Below are positions 57,657 through 64,000 of a stretch of 64,000 nucleotides of DNA, piece after piece (position 1 is the first letter of the stretch; each line of letters opens with the position of its first letter). A program made the translations under genes and the position numbers. The stretch comes from a bacterium (GTDB lineage: Bacteria; UBP6; UBA1177). The stretch lies in contig JAGCNV010000058.1 in NCBI GenBank assembly GCA_017645765.1, positions 57,778 to 121,777 on the forward strand, in the 5' to 3' direction. The notes under the pieces were generated by a model that saw only the letters and a program-made list of their open reading frames with translations, was not told where the DNA came from and searched no databases.

Positions 57657-59213
57657 ATGAAGTTTTTTAAATTTGTTTTAATGTTCATGATTTCAGTATT
57701 TTGCTTCGTTTCGTGTGCCGGTGAAGAAGAAGACGGTGGAGACACTTCTTCCGGCGTCGGACAAAGTTGTCAATCGAACATTGACTGCCCTATCGGTCTT
57801 ACTTGCAATACTGAAAAAAATATCTGCACCGACGGCTCGGGCAGCGGTGGTAACGACGGAGACGGCGGCGACACTGATACCGGCAGCAACGGTGACGGCG
57901 GCGACACCGATACCGACAGTACCACTCCGGGCAAACAGGACGGAGACGACGATCCGATAACAGGTCCGTGCACTCCGGGTAAAAAGCAGACATGTGAGTA
58001 TCAGGGCGATCCTGCCACAGAAAATGTCGGTCCGTGCAGAGCTGCCACAAGAACCTGCAATGAAGACGGAACATGGGGAAAATGCACAGGCGAAATCCTT
58101 CCTGTAAACGAGACCGGCGACGAACTCTGCGCTGACAACATAGACAACGACTGCAACGGTGTCATTGACGACGGAACAGATTTCGACGGTGACGGTGTCG
58201 GTTCATGTTTTGACTGCTGCGAAACGACCGATGTCTGCCCTTTCCCGAAAGAAGCTTGGGATAAAAACAGTCCGTCAGACCTTTGCGAATACGAGGTAAT
58301 TGAAACTGAATGCGAATCGGGTATCTCAGAATCTTCCACAGATCCCTACGATTACGCAAAAGCAATAGGGATCTGCAAAACGACGACGGCAAATTCCAAC
58401 GAATGGGGACTTATCAGTGCGAAAATAACGGCTCCGGACGGCTCGTTCCAAGTCCATGCAAACAGCAGCGGTCTTGTTTCGAAATTCGGAAATGTTATAA
58501 CTCCGAAAGCGGGCAAATACATGCTGGCTTTGACTTCAGGAAAAATAAGAAACAATAAGTTCGAAGAATACGAACCGACTGATGCCTTGTGGGGTGGCAA
58601 CGGCATCACAAGCGGCGCCCCATCCGACTGGACGGCTAAACACGGCGGAAAATTCCCTTCTGCCGAATCCTGCACGGCAGGTTCTGGAACAACAGGTGAT
58701 GTAAACGATGCCGTAATGTTCGATATGGAGATAAGAGCTCCCAAAACAGCGAAATCGTTCAGTTTTAACATCTATTTCTTTACAATCGAATATCCAGTCT
58801 ATATTTGTTCAAGTTTCAACGACTTCTTCATTGCACTTCTTGACTCAAATCATACAAGCAATGACCCTGACTTCCAGAATCCGGATGACAAAAACCTCGC
58901 CATGGATGCGAACGGCAACCCTGTCGGCGTAAATCTTGCACCATCAGGGCTTTTCACTCAATGCCAACCTGCTACCAGTTATCCTGCTACTCAAGAATCT
59001 TGTATCGGTACGGAAGACCTTCAAGGAACCGGTTTTGAATCAAGTGGTGGAACAGGCTGGCTCAGGACTCGCGGAAATGTTATTCCTGGCGAAACGATAA
59101 GGCTCCGCCTTGCAATCTGGGATCTTGCCGACCACCAATTGGATTCCCTTGTTCTTATCGACAACTTCGAATGGGATGCCCAAGAATATACACCAGGAAC
59201 AGGACAGTACTAA
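57657..59213 (+). CDS. Lipoprotein, member 2 of the tandem triplet (MopE-like Cys-rich module plus conserved C-terminal domain ending PGTGQY)
   Basis: MKFFKFVLMFMISVFCFVSCAGEEEDG lipobox. A ~120-bp stretch (57925-58050) is nearly identical to 56080-56200 of member 1. The C-terminal ~200 aa aligns with members 1 and 3. Confidence 0.75.
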   Translation: MKFFKFVLMFMISVFCFVSCAGEEEDGGDTSSGVGQSCQSNIDCPIGLTCNTEKNICTDGSGSGGNDGDGGDTDTGSNGDGGDTDTDSTTPGKQDGDDDPITGPCTPGKKQTCEYQGDPATENVGPCRAATRTCNEDGTWGKCTGEILPVNETGDELCADNIDNDCNGVIDDGTDFDGDGVGSCFDCCETTDVCPFPKEAWDKNSPSDLCEYEVIETECESGISESSTDPYDYAKAIGICKTTTANSNEWGLISAKITAPDGSFQVHANSSGLVSKFGNVITPKAGKYMLALTSGKIRNNKFEEYEPTDALWGGNGITSGAPSDWTAKHGGKFPSAESCTAGSGTTGDVNDAVMFDMEIRAPKTAKSFSFNIYFFTIEYPVYICSSFNDFFIALLDSNHTSNDPDFQNPDDKNLAMDANGNPVGVNLAPSGLFTQCQPATSYPATQESCIGTEDLQGTGFESSGGTGWLRTRGNVIPGETIRLRLAIWDLADHQLDSLVLIDNFEWDAQEYTPGTGQY

Positions 59214-59299
59214 CTGCTCTTTTTTATTTTTCCTAACACCTTTCTTGCTTCTTTCCTCACGAGAACTACAATAAGTCTGTTTTTATGCTGGAGGAGATT

Positions 59300-60856
59300 A
59301 TGAAATTACTGAAATTTGCCTTGATTTTTTTGATTTTTACATTCGCTCTTGTTTCATGCAGTTCTGACGAAAAAGGCGAAAACGACACTTCTTCCGATGT
59401 CGGACAAAGCTGCGAATCAACTCTTGACTGCCGCGCAGGTCTTAAGTGCGATCCCGAAAAGAAAATTTGTACTGAAACTCATAACAAAGATAATGAAAAA
59501 GATGACAGTGATTCAGGTTCATCTGAAAAAAACGATTCAGACCATTCCGACAATGATGCCGCAGACACCGAAAATCCGGAAAACCCCGATGACAACGACC
59601 CGATAACGGGTGTGTGCACTCCAGGCGAAACACAAAAATGCGAATATCAGGGACTTCCGGAAACAGAAGATGTCGGTCCGTGCAAAGCCGGAATAAGCAC
59701 CTGCAAAGAGAATGGAAAATGGGGAAAATGCGAAGACGAAGTTCTCCCTGTAAATGAATCCGGCAGCGAACTCTGCGCTGACGGTATAGACAACGACTGC
59801 AACGGTGTAGTTGACGACGGAACAGATTTCGACGGTGACGGTATCGGAGCGTGCGGGGACTGCTGTGAAACAAAGGAAGTCTGCCCTTTCCCGAAAGAAG
59901 CATGGGATGCGGAAAATCCGGAACAACTTTGTGAATATGAAGAAATTATTTACGATTGCGACTCGGAAATCCAGCAGGATTCAACTGATCCCTACGATTA
60001 CGCAAAAGCTATCGGCATCTGCCAGACTACGACCGAAGATTCCAACGAATGGGGCCTTATCAGTGCGAAAATATCGACTCCGACAGGCAATTCCTCAGAT
60101 GTTCATGACAAAAGCAACGCTCTTCTATCAGCCCTCGGCAATCTCATCAGGCCGAAAGAAGGCAAACTTATGCTCGGGTTGAGCTCCGGTCAGGTCACTG
60201 ATCCTTTCACAGGTTATACCACTTTGGGTAATTATTCAGGCGCTCCGGCAGACTGGCTTGAAGCAAATGATGGAAAATTTCCGGCGGCTCCTGCATGCGA
60301 AGAAGGTCATTCAGGGACCCAGGGCGGTGTCCGCAATGCAGTTATGCTTACTATGAAGATAAAAGCTCCTAAATCCGCAAGATCGTTCCGCTTCAACATC
60401 TACTTTCTGACAGAAGAATATCCTATGTGGATATGCTCACAGTACAACGACTTTTTTATTGCACTCCTTGATTCAGAATACACAAGCAGCGATCCTACCC
60501 TTCAGAATCCGACCGATAAAAATCTCGCAATGGACGCTAGCGGCAATCCTGTCGGTATAAATTTAGCTCCAGCCGGACTTTTCACTCAGTGCAAAAACTA
60601 TAACGGAAACAATGCTCAGAACTACCACGTCGAAGTGACATCATGCACAGGAACGGATGAACTTAAGAAAACAGGTTTTGAATCACACGGCGGTACAGGC
60701 TGGCTAACGACACGCGGAAATGTTGTCGGCGGTGAAATCATAACTTTGAGACTTGCCATCTGGGATCTGAATGACGCACAGTACGATTCGCTTGTTCTTA
60801 TCGATAACTTCAGGTGGGATATTGCGGAACACACTCCCGGAACCGGACAATACTAA
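59300..60856 (+). CDS. Lipoprotein, member 3 of the tandem triplet
   Basis: GGAGGAG RBS, then MKLLKFALIFLIFTFALVSCSSDEKG lipobox. Same domain order as members 1 and 2 (...CTPGETQKCEYQGLPETEDVGPCKAGISTCKENGKWGKCEDEVLPVNESGSELCADGIDNDCNGVVDDGTDFDGDGIGACGDCCE...LAIWDLNDAQYDSLVLIDNFRWD...PGTGQY). Confidence 0.75.
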   Translation: MKLLKFALIFLIFTFALVSCSSDEKGENDTSSDVGQSCESTLDCRAGLKCDPEKKICTETHNKDNEKDDSDSGSSEKNDSDHSDNDAADTENPENPDDNDPITGVCTPGETQKCEYQGLPETEDVGPCKAGISTCKENGKWGKCEDEVLPVNESGSELCADGIDNDCNGVVDDGTDFDGDGIGACGDCCETKEVCPFPKEAWDAENPEQLCEYEEIIYDCDSEIQQDSTDPYDYAKAIGICQTTTEDSNEWGLISAKISTPTGNSSDVHDKSNALLSALGNLIRPKEGKLMLGLSSGQVTDPFTGYTTLGNYSGAPADWLEANDGKFPAAPACEEGHSGTQGGVRNAVMLTMKIKAPKSARSFRFNIYFLTEEYPMWICSQYNDFFIALLDSEYTSSDPTLQNPTDKNLAMDASGNPVGINLAPAGLFTQCKNYNGNNAQNYHVEVTSCTGTDELKKTGFESHGGTGWLTTRGNVVGGEIITLRLAIWDLNDAQYDSLVLIDNFRWDIAEHTPGTGQY

Positions 60857-60977
60857 AAATAGTGTTGAAAAATCATAAAAAAATTGCGTTTTTAACAAAA
60901 ATAAATAAATTTTCATTCCGTGTTGGTTTTTTATGTGTGTTTTTACTTTTTGTGTCACTCAATTTTTGGAGGATCTT

Positions 60978-61217
60978 ATGAAAGAATTTGTTGAATTCAT
61001 TGCAAAAAAGCTTGTTGACGTTCCAGAAGCGGTTGAAGTCAGCTACATCGAAGGAAAAAATACCGCTATCATCGAACTCAGAGTCGCTCCTGAAGATGTC
61101 GGCAAAGTCATCGGCAAAAGCGGCAGAACTGCAAACGCTCTCCGTACGCTTATCAGCGCAGTTGCAAGCCGGCAGAATCAGAAAGTCGTTTTGGAAATCA
61201 TCGAAGAGAACAAATAA
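60978..61217 (+). CDS. KH-domain RNA-binding protein (KhpA/YlqC, UPF0109 family)
   Basis: ...VAPEDVGKVIGKSGRTANALRTLI... contains the GxxG KH loop. ~79 aa. GGAGG RBS. Confidence 0.8.
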   Translation: MKEFVEFIAKKLVDVPEAVEVSYIEGKNTAIIELRVAPEDVGKVIGKSGRTANALRTLISAVASRQNQKVVLEIIEENK

Positions 61218-62881
61218 TGTCCCCAAAAAGAAAAGTGCACGCATCAGAACTTGCTGCGGGCAGAAACAGCAATTCCCACTGGCGTTATCTCTTTCTCCTT
61301 ATTGTCGTAGGCGGATTTTTCCTTTATTTCATGATAAAATGGTCTAGCGACAAGGAATACGACCGTTTCGCCGCGGCAAAACAATATTCTGAATATTACA
61401 AGGATTTTTTTGTGGAACAGCCTCTTACCTACACGGTTTTTGAAGAAAGCAAACTTGTGATAAGGGCTACGAATCTCGGTTCGGAATTCTGGAACAAAGA
61501 GTTTTACGCAATGATCCGGCAGTCCGAAAACGAAGTCAACGAGATGCTGAATGTCGCCAAGCTCATAAACGAGACTCACTCGGAAACAGGCGAAACTTTG
61601 AAGGAAGAACAGAATCTTTCGTCGTTTCCCGCTCTTTACGGGCTTATCGAAACCGGCAAAAAAATGTCGGAAATTTCCTACTACAACATCGCCTCTGGTG
61701 AAATTTCGGAATTTTGGGAAAGACAGTATCGAAATTATAAAAAGAAATCAACTGCTTACGCAAAAGCAGAAGTCGTTCTCAACTATCTTTTCGATAACCC
61801 GATGCTCTCTCCCACCGAGATTCAGAACAGGAAAAAACTTCTCGATAATCTGACGAAGGAGAAAACCGATTCCGCCTCTTCGGTTGACGATCTTGCAAAT
61901 CAGATCTACAAACTGGCAGACAAAACTTTCACAAAAATGCTGAAAGAGGCTCTCTCGAAACCTTCTTCGATATCTGAAAACGAGAAAAAAGCGCTTCTGC
62001 TCAACATTTTAGCTCACGTCAAAATCCATTCGACGATCGACGAAGCTCCGAAATTCGAAAATGCGAAAGCGTTTGTTCCGTACGCAGATCCGAATAAAAT
62101 CGAGCTCAACGACGAGAAAAAAAGTGTAAAAATTCTGAGCCCGAACATCAGCATCGACGTCAACTTTTTCAGAGAAGCCCTTTTCATGAAACAGCTTCAT
62201 GAAAAACTGCCGAAAGTAAAATTCAACTATCTCATCTATTTCGGCGACCGCCACGGAATGTGGAAACTTCCGAAAGAATATGTCCGCTGGTCAGTTTCGA
62301 TCGACGATCCTTTCTCTGTAACCGACAAGATCCGCGGCGCGATAAAACTGATGCCTGAAGAGGGTTACTTCGTCATCACGCGGCGCAACGAGAACGTGAT
62401 CATGGTCAAAATGGAGGAATTGAGCGAAAAAATAAGAAAAGACCTCGATTCCATCAAGGAATACGACGCGAAAAACGCTTATCTTATACAGCTTAAAAAG
62501 GATTATCCCGACAAAACCTACTTCTTTGACCCGATCAAGAAGACAATGTTCCGCAAATACGATACTCCGGTGGACTGGCGTACAGCTGAACAAGTCAGCG
62601 AAAACCTTGCAGCTTTCGTTATCGACGAGGAAGATCCTGTCAGGGCAAGAATGCTCTCCTACTCTCTTTTTATTTCGGATAACGCACGGATCGCAGACCA
62701 CGAAAAAGGGTTTGCAGATACGATTTTTGCAGTCCTTAAAAACGATTCGACCGTCTTCGTTCCCGAAAAGCACAAAGAGCTTTTCATGACTCCGGAAGAT
62801 GTGAAAGAGGCTAAAATCAAAGCCGATTACAAGGCGCGCGGCCTCAATCCTGACGGAACAGTCCCCGAAAAAAAGAAATGA
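61217..62881 (+). CDS. Hypothetical membrane-anchored protein (554 aa)
   Basis: Start overlaps the stop of the KH-protein gene (ATAATG). One N-terminal TM helix (WRYLFLLIVVGGFFLYFMI). Lys/Glu-rich. No recognisable motif. Confidence 0.55.
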   Translation: MSPKRKVHASELAAGRNSNSHWRYLFLLIVVGGFFLYFMIKWSSDKEYDRFAAAKQYSEYYKDFFVEQPLTYTVFEESKLVIRATNLGSEFWNKEFYAMIRQSENEVNEMLNVAKLINETHSETGETLKEEQNLSSFPALYGLIETGKKMSEISYYNIASGEISEFWERQYRNYKKKSTAYAKAEVVLNYLFDNPMLSPTEIQNRKKLLDNLTKEKTDSASSVDDLANQIYKLADKTFTKMLKEALSKPSSISENEKKALLLNILAHVKIHSTIDEAPKFENAKAFVPYADPNKIELNDEKKSVKILSPNISIDVNFFREALFMKQLHEKLPKVKFNYLIYFGDRHGMWKLPKEYVRWSVSIDDPFSVTDKIRGAIKLMPEEGYFVITRRNENVIMVKMEELSEKIRKDLDSIKEYDAKNAYLIQLKKDYPDKTYFFDPIKKTMFRKYDTPVDWRTAEQVSENLAAFVIDEEDPVRARMLSYSLFISDNARIADHEKGFADTIFAVLKNDSTVFVPEKHKELFMTPEDVKEAKIKADYKARGLNPDGTVPEKKK

Positions 62882-64000
62882 ACGATTCCGCTTACATTCC
62901 TCTCTATTCGGTGCTCAGGCCCGAAACTTTCGATGAAGTCGTAGGTCAGCAGAACGTAATCAAGTTATTGAAATCATTCCTTAAATCAGGTTTTTTGCCG
63001 TCGATGGTCTTTTACGGCCCTCCCGGAACCGGCAAAACCACGGTGGCGCGCATCGCAGCGGGACTTTACGGAGCAAAACTCTACAAATTTTCAGCAGTAA
63101 CCGACAGTTCCGCAGACATAAAGAAGATACTTTACAAAGACAGAGAATCGGTTTTCGTCGACAAGCAGATCGTCTTTATCGACGAGATACACCGCTTCAA
63201 CAAGGCGCAGCAGGATATTTTTCTGCCGATGATCGAAAATGAAGGTGTGATTTTTATAGGCGCAACTACCGAAAATCCGTCGTTTTATGTCAACAACGCC
63301 CTGCTTTCACGCGCCAGAAGCGTCCGTTTTTCAAAAATCTCAGTTTCAGACATAATCACGGTACTGCACCGTGCGGTCGATTATCTCAAAGCTGAAATCG
63401 ATGAAGAACTCCTTGAAATCATTGCGAAAGAGGCATCAGGAGACGTGAGGATCGCAGTTTCCATCATGGAAAGCGCGTTTCACCTGAGCGGAGGCAGCAA
63501 AATCACGCGGGGAAACGTGATGGAACTTGTCGAAAACCCGAACCAGTACGATAAAACGGGAGATTTTCACTACCGCACGATATCGGCTTTCATCAAAAGT
63601 CTCCGCGGCAGTGACCCCGACGCAGCGCTTTACTACCTCGTCAAAATGATAGAATCGGGCGACAACCCGCTTTTCCTGCTGCGGAGAATGATAATTTTTG
63701 CTTCTGAAGATGTCGGGAACGCCGATCCGAGAGCTCTTGAGCTCGCAGTCGCGGCACTTCACGCCTTTCAGGCTGTTGGATATCCTGAAGGAAAGATAAT
63801 TTTAGCCCACATCGTGAACTATCTGGCGACCGCTCCCAAAAGCAACGCAAGTTATCTGGGACTTCACGCCGCAGAAGATTATTTCAAGGAAAATCCGACA
63901 CTTGAGATCCCGAAGCACCTCATCAACGACTCTTCTTTCGCTCCAGGAGAGGAGAAAGGAGACTACAAATATCCGCATGACTACGAAAACCACTGGGTCG
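62878..64000 (+). CDS. rarA: Replication-associated recombination protein A (MgsA/RarA AAA+ ATPase), 3' end outside window
   Basis: MVFYGPPGTGKTTVARIAAG Walker A, IVFIDEIHRFNKAQQD Walker B / sensor region, and MgsA_C-like region. Start overlaps the stop of the preceding gene (AAATGA). Confidence 0.9.
   Translation, partial: MNDSAYIPLYSVLRPETFDEVVGQQNVIKLLKSFLKSGFLPSMVFYGPPGTGKTTVARIAAGLYGAKLYKFSAVTDSSADIKKILYKDRESVFVDKQIVFIDEIHRFNKAQQDIFLPMIENEGVIFIGATTENPSFYVNNALLSRARSVRFSKISVSDIITVLHRAVDYLKAEIDEELLEIIAKEASGDVRIAVSIMESAFHLSGGSKITRGNVMELVENPNQYDKTGDFHYRTISAFIKSLRGSDPDAALYYLVKMIESGDNPLFLLRRMIIFASEDVGNADPRALELAVAALHAFQAVGYPEGKIILAHIVNYLATAPKSNASYLGLHAAEDYFKENPTLEIPKHLINDSSFAPGEEKGDYKYPHDYENHWV

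Noticed and set aside
1-64000. Search for tRNA/rRNA/ncRNA genes in intergenic regions
   Set aside because: No intergenic segment shows the GC-rich acceptor/T-arm pattern (for example GGTTCGAATCC) or rRNA-like conserved blocks. All intergenic gaps are <300 bp and AT-rich.

Overview
This 64-kb window is a densely coded bacterial chromosomal segment of about 56 genes. Strong GGAGG-type ribosome-binding sites and sigma70-like -35/-10 promoter boxes are visible throughout. Confidently recognisable housekeeping genes are alaS, asnS, pepF (M3 oligoendopeptidase), birA, glgP, glgA, purC, hslVU, lon, panD, fcl, a KH-domain (KhpA-like) protein and a partial rarA at the 3' edge. Other recognisable genes are a cation-diffusion-facilitator transporter, an HD-GYP c-di-GMP phosphodiesterase, a stand-alone PilZ protein, a patatin-like phospholipase, a TlpA-like thioredoxin coupled to a GT39/ArnT-like glycosyltransferase, a TgpA-like transglutaminase membrane protein and a DUF4143 AAA ATPase. 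Interleaved with these is an unusually large accessory complement of secreted or lipoproteins (about 13 genes). Most have a lipobox Cys followed by a D/E/T/P-rich low-complexity linker and a cysteine-rich globular C-terminal domain. They fall into at least three paralogous families: a YFQ-x-GT C-terminal family (3 tandem genes at the left edge); a DUF1566 / Fibrobacter-succinogenes-major-paralogous-domain family (3 genes); and a tandem triplet of MopE-like Cys-rich putative metal-binding proteins ending in PGTGQY (55.8-60.9 kb). The DUF1566-like family, the lipoprotein style and a base composition that looks roughly balanced by eye (not counted) are consistent with a Fibrobacter-like (Fibrobacterota) genome; this is an inference. 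The sequence features most worth a second look are: (i) a 63-bp duplicated 3' end of a small TSCPD-domain gene bracketing a 2.9-kb two-gene insertion; (ii) arrays of 23-bp direct repeats on both sides of the DUF4143 ATPase gene; (iii) an 8-bp-periodic TCGAAATN repeat present both inside a TonB-like coding sequence and in a convergent intergenic palindrome; and (iv) the gene-converted tandem lipoprotein triplet. No CRISPR array, tRNA/rRNA gene, integrase or transposase was recognised. Coordinates rely on the supplied ORF track; my own reading of homopolymer runs may be off by 1 nt in places.
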